A stretch of DNA of 64,000 nucleotides from a virus. Taxonomy: Duplodnaviria > Caudoviricetes. Made by a program: the position numbers and the translations under genes. Under the pieces are notes generated by a model. That model ran no database searches. It was not told the origin of the DNA and saw only the letters and a list, made by a program, of their open reading frames with translations. Positions 27,146-36,709 of this stretch are shown in pieces. How positions within the stretch are numbered: the first letter of the stretch is position 1; the number at the start of each line of letters is the position of its first letter. The stretch lies in the IMG/VR virus record IMGVR_UViG_3300036770_007327, positions 1,653-65,652 of that record, one strand, 5' to 3'.

Positions 27146-27696
27146 AGAAAAAGTGGATAGCATGTTGTAGTCAAACAGGCAGTGAAATTTTAAATATATC
27201 GAGAGCAATAGGCAACTTTCCAGATATTTTACTTACTAATAATTCGTTTGATAAATTAAATCCGAGCATTATAGACTACTATAAGGATTGTGAAGAAAAG
27301 ACTCTTCTACAGGTTGATGTAAAAGTCACAAGCAGGATATATAATGAGGTCTTCTCTAAATTTAAATCTCCTATAATAACTCTTAACGGCTGGTTAAAAA
27401 TTATACCTCCTGATATTTGTGATAAATTTACTATCTATAACGGTCATCCTGGACTGATTTCTAAATATCCTGAGCTCAAGGGTAAAGACCCGGTTGAGCG
27501 TGTCTGGGAAAATAAACATCAATACACTCACTTCGGTAGCGTTATTCATGTCGTAACTCCTGAAGTAGATGAAGGTAAAATTATATTAGAGAATAGTGAT
27601 ACTCTTAACTTCGATACATTTGAAGAACTTGATACTGCTCAGAGAAGTATATCTTTAAATTTGTGGATTAATTTTTTAAAGAAATATATTAAGTAA
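27142..27696 (+). CDS. PurN-like formyltransferase (DpdN-like, putative preQ1 formyltransferase)
   Basis: SQTGS, L.GW.KI, YNGHPG, GSVIH.V...VDEG. Confidence 0.85.
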   Translation: MKKKWIACCSQTGSEILNISRAIGNFPDILLTNNSFDKLNPSIIDYYKDCEEKTLLQVDVKVTSRIYNEVFSKFKSPIITLNGWLKIIPPDICDKFTIYNGHPGLISKYPELKGKDPVERVWENKHQYTHFGSVIHVVTPEVDEGKIILENSDTLNFDTFEELDTAQRSISLNLWINFLKKYIK

Positions 27697-28262
27697 TGGG
27701 AAAAATAATTTCATTTAGCGGTGCTCAATCTTCGGGTAAAACTACTTTGTTGAATATTTGTCAGCGTCAGAGTTGCGAAGTACTCAGTCCTTTCAACGGG
27801 TATGAGTTTGTTCCTGAGGTGACGAGATTGATTAAAAATAAATATAACTTACCAATAAACGAAAGTGGTACAGATATAACTCAACTTTGTATTATCAATC
27901 AGCATATTGATAACTATCTTACCTACCAATATAAGAATGTAATAATGGATAGATGTATACTGGATGGTTTAGTTTATACGGAATATCTTGTAGAAAATAA
28001 TCAGGTAGATAGTCGCGTCTTAGATTTTGCTCGGTATATCTATGATATGCTTATATCAAAGATAGATGTAATTTTCTATACTGATCCAGCTATACCGCTT
28101 ATCGACGACGGCGAGAGAAGCATAGATGTAGATTTTAGAAATAGTATTATTGATAAATTTAATTTCTATATTAAAAGTCTAAATAATGTAATAAAATTAG
28201 CTGGATCTGTAGAAGATAGGCTTGATAAAATCAAACGAACACTTATATTAAACAATGAATAA
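27696..28262 (+). CDS. P-loop nucleotide kinase-like protein (AAA_28/NadR type)
   Basis: GAQSSGKTT, DRC..D...Y, DDGER. Confidence 0.8.
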   Translation: MGKIISFSGAQSSGKTTLLNICQRQSCEVLSPFNGYEFVPEVTRLIKNKYNLPINESGTDITQLCIINQHIDNYLTYQYKNVIMDRCILDGLVYTEYLVENNQVDSRVLDFARYIYDMLISKIDVIFYTDPAIPLIDDGERSIDVDFRNSIIDKFNFYIKSLNNVIKLAGSVEDRLDKIKRTLILNNE

Positions 28263-29193
28263 ACTAGATAACTCCAACATCTCCGTTCACCTCGGTCAAA
28301 CCTCGCAATATAAAAGCCAGTACGATCCTAAACTCTTGGTTAGAGAGCCGAGAGAGAATAATAGAAAGCACCTTAAAATTAAAGATCATAATCTACCTTT
28401 TGTAGGGTATGATACCTGGAATGCTTACGAAATTTCAGCATTGACTGATGACGGTTTACCTGTTACTGGTGTTGCTAAGATCGTCTACCCTTGTTCTAGT
28501 AAGTATATTGTTGAGTCTAAGTCTATCAAGTTATATTTTAACTCATTTAATATGACCAAACTTGGCAACTCTGCTGATCAAGTATTGGATAGTATTGCTG
28601 CTATCGCAAGTAAAGACTTGTCTGATTATCTTGAGACTACTGTAAAGGTCTGTGTTCTTAGCAACGCTTTGTGTTTAGATACAGATGGAGCGGAAGCTAG
28701 TAATGAGTGGGGACATGTTAAAGAGCACTTTACTAATCAAAGTTATACTACTCTAGAAGATGAATATAATCTTGACGGTGTAGTTTTTAAGGTATATGAG
28801 GAAACTCCTAAACTTCTTGAAGTTGTAGAGTCTGTGTTCGATACTGTCCGATATCATAGCTCTCTCTTAAAATCTAACTGCCGCGTAACTTCTCAGCCCG
28901 ATTTCGGGGATGTATATATACATATTAAGAAGGAAGGTAAGACGATTGATCCTATCTCACTTCTAAAGTATATTGTGTCGTTCAGAGATGAGTGCCATTT
29001 TCATGAAGAGATTTGTGAAACTATATATAACTCCTTGTGGAAAAAATTACAGCCTGAGGAGCTTCACGTAATGTGCTTGTATACTCGTCGAGGAGGTATT
29101 GATATATGCCCACAGAGAGCCTCTCATGAGCATCTACTTCATAAAGGTCTTGCAAATCATAAGAGACTTCATATTAAGACTCCCCGACAATAA
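28255..29193 (+). CDS. queF: NADPH-dependent preQ0 reductase (bimodular type)
   Basis: D.W..YE, VESKSIKLY.NSF, SNC.VTSQPD.G, FHEE.CE, YTRRGGID. Confidence 0.95.
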   Translation: MNKLDNSNISVHLGQTSQYKSQYDPKLLVREPRENNRKHLKIKDHNLPFVGYDTWNAYEISALTDDGLPVTGVAKIVYPCSSKYIVESKSIKLYFNSFNMTKLGNSADQVLDSIAAIASKDLSDYLETTVKVCVLSNALCLDTDGAEASNEWGHVKEHFTNQSYTTLEDEYNLDGVVFKVYEETPKLLEVVESVFDTVRYHSSLLKSNCRVTSQPDFGDVYIHIKKEGKTIDPISLLKYIVSFRDECHFHEEICETIYNSLWKKLQPEELHVMCLYTRRGGIDICPQRASHEHLLHKGLANHKRLHIKTPRQ

Positions 29194-29195
29194 AA

Positions 29196-29930
29196 TTATA
29201 AAATCGCCCACCCGTGGGAGCTTTTTTGGAGCCCACGGGTGAGGTGATAAACATCTACTTTGTATTGCTTTTTCCACTCTACGAAGTAGAGCGTTTTAAT
29301 CTCTCCTGATTGCTTATTTATTAGAGTGTACAGCTCTTTCTTTAGAGTATTACTAATCTTATCGTTAATTTGCTTTTTTTGCTCTTCTGTTCTTAATTGA
29401 TGTACGCTCTTAACTACATTTGAATGATGTTGCTTGCGCATATTTTTTTCGTCCGTCGTAAGGGAGAGCTTTTTTAACTGCCTTGCCTCTAGAGATTTTT
29501 CTATTCTATCACGATTTATAGCGTCTCTCTCTTCAGCCGGCCTCGATAGAAATGTTTCTCGAGCCTTTATGGCCGCAGCCTTCATTATTTCTGGATTTTG
29601 TTGCTTGGTGAGTAATTCCTTTCTCTTCTTTAACTGTACTTGCTCGCTTGTCATTTTTTTAGTAGTATTCCCCCCATCTCCTCCTTCTGTAAAATTAAAG
29701 CAGGTTGTATCGGTAAATGTATTGTAAAATTTTATATAAAAAATTTCTTTTTCATTAAGTAATAATTCCTCTTTAACTATCTCTATAATTTTATATTCAA
29801 ATCTGCTAGGATATTTCTTAAACAACTTAACTATATGTTTACCGTGGGGTAAGAAATCATTTTCATTTTTTGTCTTACCAATATATACAAATTTACTTCT
29901 TTCATTATCAAAAATGCCGTATATTCTCAT
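29196..29930 (-). CDS. Free-standing GIY-YIG homing endonuclease
   Basis: RIYG...YIGKT, E..YI, N.TEGGDGG; TATAAATA 5 nt before ATG. Confidence 0.88.
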   Translation of the reverse strand: MRIYGIFDNERSKFVYIGKTKNENDFLPHGKHIVKLFKKYPSRFEYKIIEIVKEELLLNEKEIFYIKFYNTFTDTTCFNFTEGGDGGNTTKKMTSEQVQLKKRKELLTKQQNPEIMKAAAIKARETFLSRPAEERDAINRDRIEKSLEARQLKKLSLTTDEKNMRKQHHSNVVKSVHQLRTEEQKKQINDKISNTLKKELYTLINKQSGEIKTLYFVEWKKQYKVDVYHLTRGLQKSSHGWAIL

Positions 29931-29985
29931 AATATTATTTATATCACTTCGCAACCTGATTGGAAGTTTTTTTAATTAAAATAAA

Positions 29986-30075
29986 ATTAACCCTCAGAGA
30001 GCCTCTCACGATTACTTACTTCATAAAGGCCTTATGAATCATAAGAGACTTCATATTAAGACTCCTAAGCAGTAA
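29986..30075 (+). pseudogene. Orphan duplicate of the last 90 nt of queF
   Basis: Translates INPQRASHDYLLHKGLMNHKRLHIKTPKQ* versus queF ICPQRASHEHLLHKGLANHKRLHIKTPRQ*. Confidence 0.9.
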
Positions 30076-30079
30076 AAGA

Positions 30080-30616
30080 TTAGCTTATATAAGACTCTTC
30101 ATCGAAGACTCCGCCGTCCATCCTATCCTTATACCATCTCACATCATCGAGAGATATAGGGTAATAGTGATGGACGTCCACCCCTACATTAATAAGGTTC
30201 TTTCGTATCTTCCAGGCATCATGAACATGCCCAGTTAAGGAAAATTTAGACTTGGGGCACTTTGAGGGTATGTGATTCATATAGATGCTAGTACCATCTA
30301 TATCACCATCCCACTTATCTAATATCTTTCTAAAATGCAAATCTAGAACAGGCATTCTCTCGTCAGTATCGTGATTACCTCTTATTAGTATTTTATTTTT
30401 ACATTTTATTTTGCTTAATAGCTCCCTGGCTTTATCGTAATAATCGGTTAAAAAGACATCACCGATAACCCATAGAATATCCTCGTCTCCTACACGCTCA
30501 TTAATGTTCTCTATAAGAGTATAATAATACTCATTGGGAGATCTAAAAGGTTTGTGATGCCTTTTAATGTCATTATCAAGGAAATGTAAATCAGATGTAA
30601 ACCAATGCATATTCAT
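30080..30616 (-). CDS. Calcineurin-like metallophosphoesterase
   Basis: SDLH, GD, GNHD, GHVH, NVGVD. Confidence 0.92.
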   Translation of the reverse strand: MNMHWFTSDLHFLDNDIKRHHKPFRSPNEYYYTLIENINERVGDEDILWVIGDVFLTDYYDKARELLSKIKCKNKILIRGNHDTDERMPVLDLHFRKILDKWDGDIDGTSIYMNHIPSKCPKSKFSLTGHVHDAWKIRKNLINVGVDVHHYYPISLDDVRWYKDRMDGGVFDEESYIS

Positions 30617-30630
30617 ATTTATATATAAAC

Positions 30631-30670
30631 AAAAAGAAAGCCCTGGGGATTAAATCCCCAGGACTTCTTT
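30631..30670 (-). terminator. Terminator downstream of the major capsid gene
   Basis: CCTGGGGATT/AATCCCCAGG stem with U-rich tail on minus strand. Confidence 0.85.
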
Positions 30671-30697
30671 AGATCATCCTTTGTCGTTTTCAGTATA

Positions 30698-32191
30698 TCA
30701 AAAATATACTGATTGGCTCGCCGGCGAAAACGCCGCACCGAGTCCCTGAAGAATAATAACGTGGTAGTAGAGATTAGCACCGAAGATATTATCAACAACA
30801 CCGTATCTGGTCAAGAGACCGACACGAGGCGCGAAATCATTCGGACCAATCGTACGCTGTACCATGACCGGAATGTACGGGCAGTAGATAATACCAGTAT
30901 CGTAGAACTCAGGACCCTTATAGCCAAGGAGCGCATATTCAACGCCCTTGGAGTAGGTATTAGCAGAGCCATCCGGGAGAGTGCCATTGCTATAACCAGG
31001 TTCAGTTCCATAAATGCCGGTATTTTGAACTTCCGTACGAGTGTCACGATAAACATTGAAACGACCACCAAGATTACCTACCTTAGCAACACCGACGGGC
31101 TGAGTATTCACGTTGCCTTGGACCGGAACCCATTGGAATTCCGGAAGCATTTCGAGAATAGCGGCAACACGCGGGGTACAAACAATAAAGTTCGCAGCAC
31201 CACGACGGTTACGTACAGCAATACGGTTAGCTTCGATAATAAGTCTTTGATAGAAGTCTCTGTTGCGTTCTACAAGCCAGCGACCATCGGCAGAAGCAGG
31301 GGACCAGACGGAGTACCCAACACCATAAGAGGTGTTAAGACAGGTCTGAATCATACGAACAATCATCTCACGGTCGATTTCCGCTTGGATCTCATACGCC
31401 ATGGCGTTAGTGATCTCAGCATCAACATCGATACCGTTCATGTTCTTAAGGTCCTGCTCAAGTTCGACGGACCAGCGCGCGCCAAGACGTCTCGTACCAG
31501 CTTCAACAGCGGTCTTCTCGAACGAAATGTCGACTTGAGGGATGTTATTATTGATTTCCCAGTTCTTAAGGATCTCGGCGACGCCTTGATCCTGAGCTGC
31601 GAAGTTCCAATAAGTAGACTCCCCGGAAAGTCTCGAGGACGAGGTACCGGTAAAGCGAGTATCGATGAACTGATAGCCAAGCTCTTTGCTGTTAGCGTTA
31701 CTAACGTTGGTGTGAGTACCAACGGTACCGCCACCATCAATACCACCAGTACCAAGACCAGTAGTATTGTATTTATAACGCAACGCGAAAGCAAGGCCAA
31801 CAGGGCCACTCATGGGCTGAACGCCAACGATCTCGTTACTTATTAATTCAGGGAAAGTACGACGAATCATCGGAATAAGAATCTTCGGAAGACGAGCATC
31901 GCCAGTAGCATAACCGTCATTGCTAGTAATCGTGCCGGGAGGGCTATAAACCCCACCAACAGAAGACCCGGACCCAAAAGAGCCCCCATTCCCGCCGTAG
32001 CTGTTCTCCATAAGGAGACCACCTTCGGGGTTACGGCACCAGGCCTCTTGGTTCTCAAGCATGATAGCAGTATTGATACGAGTCCGCTCATCTTCAATTG
32101 GAGCGATAGACTTCGAAGAGTAGTTGAGCACTGGTGCCCACTTCTCAAGAAGAGTTTTCGCTTTATTTTGATCGATATAGTTTCTATTCAT
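30698..32191 (-). CDS. Major capsid protein (T4 gp23-like)
   Basis: KW.P.L, LENQ, VGVQPMSGP.GL.FALR, ELEQDL, EIDRE, YCPYIP, TRYG. Confidence 0.98.
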   Translation of the reverse strand: MNRNYIDQNKAKTLLEKWAPVLNYSSKSIAPIEDERTRINTAIMLENQEAWCRNPEGGLLMENSYGGNGGSFGSGSSVGGVYSPPGTITSNDGYATGDARLPKILIPMIRRTFPELISNEIVGVQPMSGPVGLAFALRYKYNTTGLGTGGIDGGGTVGTHTNVSNANSKELGYQFIDTRFTGTSSSRLSGESTYWNFAAQDQGVAEILKNWEINNNIPQVDISFEKTAVEAGTRRLGARWSVELEQDLKNMNGIDVDAEITNAMAYEIQAEIDREMIVRMIQTCLNTSYGVGYSVWSPASADGRWLVERNRDFYQRLIIEANRIAVRNRRGAANFIVCTPRVAAILEMLPEFQWVPVQGNVNTQPVGVAKVGNLGGRFNVYRDTRTEVQNTGIYGTEPGYSNGTLPDGSANTYSKGVEYALLGYKGPEFYDTGIIYCPYIPVMVQRTIGPNDFAPRVGLLTRYGVVDNIFGANLYYHVIILQGLGAAFSPASQSVYF

Positions 32192-32256
32192 AATTCATTT
32201 TCTTTCACTAAGTTCAGGCTTCGCGAGCCTCGACAAAAGGGGTTAAAAAGTATTTA

Positions 32257-33183
32257 TTACATGTATTTATCCAACTGCTCAAGATACCCATCAGTAGGGG
32301 TTCTTTGAGGGCGGGGTTGGGGAACTCTGTTTACTTGTTCGTTAATAATAAGATCGTCTATAGAAGGAGATTTAACTTTGACCTTTCTGGTCTCCATTGC
32401 TTCTTCTCTAAGGTTTTGAAGTTGCTCTTTTTCTTTCTTATCGTAAAGCTTGAGAGTATATTCAAAATTCTCGTTAATAAATTCAGGGGATCTGCTACCA
32501 AGAACCTTCTTAAGGTATTCTTTCTTCTTGGTAGGAAGGCCAGCGCTCTTCTGCTCAAGGAGAAGATTAGCAGCAACTACCCGGTAATGCTCAGTGAGAT
32601 TTTCAATTTGCTTATTTTTCTCATCTAACTGATCTTGAAGAGCGTCGATTTGCTGCTTACCGTCAATAACTGCGGTACGAACAGACTCATCGAGAAGAGA
32701 ACTTCCAATAGACAATTGGTTTCTCAAACCAGCAAGCACGGAGTAAGCTTTCTTATTTTTAACCGCTTCGTTAATCGCTTGCTGAGGAACTAATTCCTCA
32801 AGATAAACTTCTAAGTAATCACTGATATGCTTAACAACAGACTCTTTAAATGCGCGAGCATCCCCATGAAGAGCATTGTTATACTTTCTGATAACTTTCT
32901 TGAGCTTAAGAGCGTTATTCCTGTCAATAGCTTCAACAACTTTTACAAGCTTTTTCGTCTTATCGCGATCAATAGCTTCTAAAACTTGAACTAACTTATC
33001 GGAATATTCTTGATCTTGTAATTCTAAAGCAGCTTGCTCTCTAAGAACGGCTCTCTTCTCGACCTCTTCATTAAAAGCGGATTCGATAATTTCAAGAGAT
33101 TGTTCATTGAGAAGCCCGTTTGTAGCTTCTCTAAGAACAGTCGCTATATTACTGTTGGAGGATGTTTTCTGTTGCTTACTCAT
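32257..33183 (-). CDS. Prohead core scaffold protein (gp22-like)
   Basis: Coiled-coil protein directly upstream of gp23; SDYLE motif. Confidence 0.85.
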   Translation of the reverse strand: MSKQQKTSSNSNIATVLREATNGLLNEQSLEIIESAFNEEVEKRAVLREQAALELQDQEYSDKLVQVLEAIDRDKTKKLVKVVEAIDRNNALKLKKVIRKYNNALHGDARAFKESVVKHISDYLEVYLEELVPQQAINEAVKNKKAYSVLAGLRNQLSIGSSLLDESVRTAVIDGKQQIDALQDQLDEKNKQIENLTEHYRVVAANLLLEQKSAGLPTKKKEYLKKVLGSRSPEFINENFEYTLKLYDKKEKEQLQNLREEAMETRKVKVKSPSIDDLIINEQVNRVPQPRPQRTPTDGYLEQLDKYM

Positions 33184-33338
33184 GGGTTAAAAATTTTATG
33201 TTGTCCAGCGGATTTAATGCGGTCTTTAATTTTTAATTCTACCGCCTTCTCTAAAAAGAGATTAGCGAATTTGTAATCCTCCGCGATGATGGATGCTACA
33301 AATCCCTTTATACATTTTTTCTGAATACGCTTATTCAT
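33180..33338 (-). CDS. 52-aa small prohead core protein (gp67-like), not in ORF track
   Basis: Manual translation MNKRIQKKCIKGFVASIIAEDYKFANLFLEKAVELKIKDRI...; ATGA overlap with gp22. Confidence 0.6.
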   Translation of the reverse strand: MNKRIQKKCIKGFVASIIAEDYKFANLFLEKAVELKIKDRIKSAGQHKIFNP

Positions 33339-33362
33339 TTATAATAAATATATTTAATCAAC

Positions 33363-34040
33363 TTAGTAGATATTTCTTAAAAATTTGATAATTTGTTCTG
33401 TTAAATATTGCTCTTTTTCTTTAGAAGGCAGATTTACAAATGCTTTTTCAAATACTTCATAGTTTTCTTGAAAATGCCCATCATCTTTTAATACCCATTC
33501 CTTAGATTCAAGAATGCCATTTACAAACGCTTCACTAAAAGAGGGGTCAGCGACACAGTCAATAGCGACGAGTCTCATATTCTGAACTTCATTATACGAA
33601 GTCTTTTCAGTGAGTTGACCGAGAGCGCGAGAAGACATACCAACCGTTACACCGTCATTAACAAGAGAATGAACGATTTTGCCGCAGGGTGTAGTTAAAA
33701 CTTTAGACCTGCCAACAAACACATATCTATCTCCTTCTTTTTCTTCTTTGAGGAATTCAACCAAGTGGCAGGCTCTTTCGAGATCTACATCGGCAGAAGA
33801 AGGGTGATTGAGTTCTCCCATGGCTCTTTTCTTGCCGATCATTTCCTTGGTATATCTATCTACCTCTGAGCGCATCTCTTCAATAGGATAGCGGCGCTTA
33901 TTTCTATTGACTGCCTCAGCAAGCATATAAGGGCCCTGAATATATAGAGACCTTGGCTGATTGCGATCCTTCTCTTCAAAAATATATTCGAATTCATCCA
34001 GAGATGAAGCTGCCTCGTCTGTAATTAGTCGGAATCCCAT
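33363..34040 (-). CDS. Prohead protease (gp21-like)
   Basis: NRNKR.YP, GELNHP, GMSSRALG, D.VADPS. Confidence 0.95.
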   Translation of the reverse strand: MGFRLITDEAASSLDEFEYIFEEKDRNQPRSLYIQGPYMLAEAVNRNKRRYPIEEMRSEVDRYTKEMIGKKRAMGELNHPSSADVDLERACHLVEFLKEEKEGDRYVFVGRSKVLTTPCGKIVHSLVNDGVTVGMSSRALGQLTEKTSYNEVQNMRLVAIDCVADPSFSEAFVNGILESKEWVLKDDGHFQENYEVFEKAFVNLPSKEKEQYLTEQIIKFLRNIY

Positions 34041-34092
34041 GTATATATTTATATGTACTTATCTAAAAAAGGTAAAAATATTAACATTTTTT

Positions 34093-34551
34093 TTATATAT
34101 TTAATTCTTTTTCTGTAAGAATAACAAATTCTGCCCCGTGTCTCTTGGACCATTCCTCAGCAGCCGCCCATTTTGCCTGGTTTTGATTAAACATAGCCTG
34201 CTCGTAAAGTAGATTATTTCTATTGCGATAGCGTTTAGGATCTGGCGGGCTTGTATGTTTCTTAGGTTTAATCTCTATTAAATACCTTTTTATCTTATCA
34301 CCTTCTTTGAGAATAATAAAGTTATCTACAAAATAGCGAGATGGTTTATTATTATTGGGATTTACATATGGTATAATAATATTTTCGCTTCCCCATTTAA
34401 CTACATTCGGATTTTCATCGCACCATCTAAAAAACTTTAACTCATACGAAGACCTATAAACAGCAGCTGTGCCCTCGAACTTGAGATTATTCTTTGGCTT
34501 AAAAACACCTTGTTTATATGGTCTTGATGGTTTTTTTCTGTTAAGTGGCAT
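34093..34551 (-). CDS. Head completion nuclease (gp4-like, TnsA-type)
   Basis: YRSSYE, W.SE, RYFVD, EIKP, NQAKW, LTE. Confidence 0.93.
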   Translation of the reverse strand: MPLNRKKPSRPYKQGVFKPKNNLKFEGTAAVYRSSYELKFFRWCDENPNVVKWGSENIIIPYVNPNNNKPSRYFVDNFIILKEGDKIKRYLIEIKPKKHTSPPDPKRYRNRNNLLYEQAMFNQNQAKWAAAEEWSKRHGAEFVILTEKELNI

Positions 34552-35461
34552 TTATATATTTAATAAAAATCGTTTCCCCGTGAGTATAAGGATGTCGAGT
34601 ATTTTTTTGGCGCTTAATAGTATATTTTCCAGATATTTTTAATTTCGATAGTTGTGGGCTGGAAAAATTAGTCTTTGATATAAAGTCCGCCTCACCCTTA
34701 TACACTATATCGCCTAAACTAGATGTAACTGTAAATGGTTTAGCACGCGGATCAATATAACCGTCTCCGCGGATTTCAGACATTTTTTTACCAGTATTCC
34801 ACGCTGGCTTATTTGTCTTTCTACCCTTCCGCGGATCGATATAACCCTCGCCTAGACGCTCCTTCATTGTTTTACCTTTCTGTCTCTCTGAGCATTTTTT
34901 ATGGGCCTCTAATTCTTTTTCGGTATATTCTCCAGATCCGCGTCTTTCATGGGATAATTTTAGAGAATCTCTTAGCTTTTGATTTTTTTCAGGATTTGAC
35001 CACGTCGAAAGTAGGGATTTTGCTGCTTTTTCACGAGAATCAGCTGATTGCATGGCAACAACTCCTTTTTTTCTTGATGATTTTTCTCTCTCGGTTAACC
35101 CATCCTCTTTAATTCGTCGCTTAAACGATTTAATACGACGCAGCACAACTTCTGGTCGCTTAAGAGGTTCAGCAGTAGTTTGACAGCATTCTACTGTTAA
35201 ATTTGCAAAGTCTTTTGAATTAACTACATCCCACAATTCCGAATATTTAAGACCACATTCTGTAGCTTGATCTTTATTTTCTGTTTCTAGCAGGATTATA
35301 GTAGTAATATCCTTACCGTGTTTTCTTAGATGGTTAGTCCAATACGATCCAGATCCTTTGTATATAAACGCGTTCTCATGTGTGCCAAAATGATAGCAGA
35401 GATATTTTAAGCCGGTTGACTTGTGCTGCTTAAGCATAACTATATGTCTTTTTCTTTCCAT
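34541..35461 (-). CDS. Divergent GIY-YIG-type homing endonuclease with repeated DNA-binding modules
   Basis: H..TGLKY, YKGSG.YW..HL..HG, FANL; repeated G.GYIDPR units. Confidence 0.78.
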   Translation of the reverse strand: MERKRHIVMLKQHKSTGLKYLCYHFGTHENAFIYKGSGSYWTNHLRKHGKDITTIILLETENKDQATECGLKYSELWDVVNSKDFANLTVECCQTTAEPLKRPEVVLRRIKSFKRRIKEDGLTEREKSSRKKGVVAMQSADSREKAAKSLLSTWSNPEKNQKLRDSLKLSHERRGSGEYTEKELEAHKKCSERQKGKTMKERLGEGYIDPRKGRKTNKPAWNTGKKMSEIRGDGYIDPRAKPFTVTSSLGDIVYKGEADFISKTNFSSPQLSKLKISGKYTIKRQKNTRHPYTHGETIFIKYINAT

Positions 35462-35502
35462 ATAGTTATTTAAGATTACACCCAGGTTTATCGACACCGA
35501 CC

Positions 35503-36684
35503 CTAGCCGACGAAAAAACAAATTGGGTCCGCATCGCCCATTCCTGGAGCAACTTGTTCATAAAGCATTGTTTCGAGTTTTTCTTTCTCCTGCGAGCCCT
35601 GAGTCATTAAATCTGTAGCATTAAAGGTCTGCCCACCGAATAGAGTAAGATTGCCATATTTGCCTCTTACTTGAGCGAGCGTAATCTTACAAAGAGCGAG
35701 AGTATATTGATATACCCAAGGCTCTTTAATAACATCTCTGATAGGCCTCTCTACATAGCATGATAAGACTCCATAAAATCTTGAGTTTGGAGTAGGTTCA
35801 GGATACATTTGTAGCATCTGAGTGCGGTCATTAAAAGTATAAGTTCTTCGAATAGCGAGAAGTTTTTCTCTCATCTCGAGCCATTCTTTTAGAGTATACC
35901 AGGATACCAAGTCAAACCCATAATTGCCCATAGCATATGAGAAATATGTTTGCTGGGCTAGGGTTTGTTCTATAGTAAATAGAGTGTTGATACCAGTAGA
36001 AGAACCTTCCTCAAAATCACTAACAGCCATTACTTTGCGATAATCTAATATGTCATAATCAAACATATTGTTAGTCTTATAACTATCATCTCTTGTTTTA
36101 GTTTCGCCTCCGAGAGTTGGCTCATTGATGAATGATTCTAAAAACATCGAACTTACCGCTATAGCACTCAATGTATTGCTTGCTTGGAAAGATGTTAAAA
36201 TTTCCGTGTATGTGGACCTATCAAATATTTGATTTTGAAACACCCCATTTTCAAATATAGAACTTAAATTTACAAGAGAAGTAAAATTACTACCCGCTAT
36301 CGCAGAAGTAGCGATATACATTGTCTTTGGCTCTGTAATGTAAAACGCTGCCTCAGGAGATTGTATTGTATGATCGGCTTTTTGCTCAAGAGTTAGGGTC
36401 GGGTTAGATAGGGTAAAAAGATAATCCAATCGCAGACCTTTATTCTTCTCATAAAGATTTGAATCGAAAACCAAATACTCTGAGGTATATCCTGCGAATT
36501 TTGTAAACATTTCTATCGCTATAGAAATGTTTTCGAATATCTGGTCTTGATGTAATTCAACCTGTATGAGAGGTGCTCCCAGCGCTCTAACTACCCGGTC
36601 TCCCAATCTATTAAAGGTGTTAATCCTACTGTTTAGATTGGTCGTCTGGAACGCAGAAATCGGGGTAATATTACAGGAAGCCAT
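35503..36684 (-). CDS. Neck protein (gp13-like)
   Basis: LGAP.I.VEL..DQI, WV..Y..A..K....RGKY, FFVG end. Confidence 0.9.
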   Translation of the reverse strand: MASCNITPISAFQTTNLNSRINTFNRLGDRVVRALGAPLIQVELHQDQIFENISIAIEMFTKFAGYTSEYLVFDSNLYEKNKGLRLDYLFTLSNPTLTLEQKADHTIQSPEAAFYITEPKTMYIATSAIAGSNFTSLVNLSSIFENGVFQNQIFDRSTYTEILTSFQASNTLSAIAVSSMFLESFINEPTLGGETKTRDDSYKTNNMFDYDILDYRKVMAVSDFEEGSSTGINTLFTIEQTLAQQTYFSYAMGNYGFDLVSWYTLKEWLEMREKLLAIRRTYTFNDRTQMLQMYPEPTPNSRFYGVLSCYVERPIRDVIKEPWVYQYTLALCKITLAQVRGKYGNLTLFGGQTFNATDLMTQGSQEKEKLETMLYEQVAPGMGDADPICFFVG

Positions 36685-36709
36685 AAATATATTTAGGCCG
36701 TTGTGCTAT

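Noticed and set aside
27142-27696. Purine-biosynthesis purN as an auxiliary metabolic gene
   Set aside because: Position between the DpdA-like gene and queF favours a base-modifying formyltransferase; no other pur genes are present
29104-30075. Group I intron in queF
   Set aside because: queF is complete with its own stop, the endonuclease is antisense, and there is no room for a ribozyme core
30619-30801. 60-aa ORF after gp23
   Set aside because: Overlaps the gp23 end and spans its terminator hairpin
30713-31846. 377-aa plus-strand ORF antisense to gp23
   Set aside because: Shadow ORF expected from the biased codon usage of a highly expressed gene; no recognisable motifs
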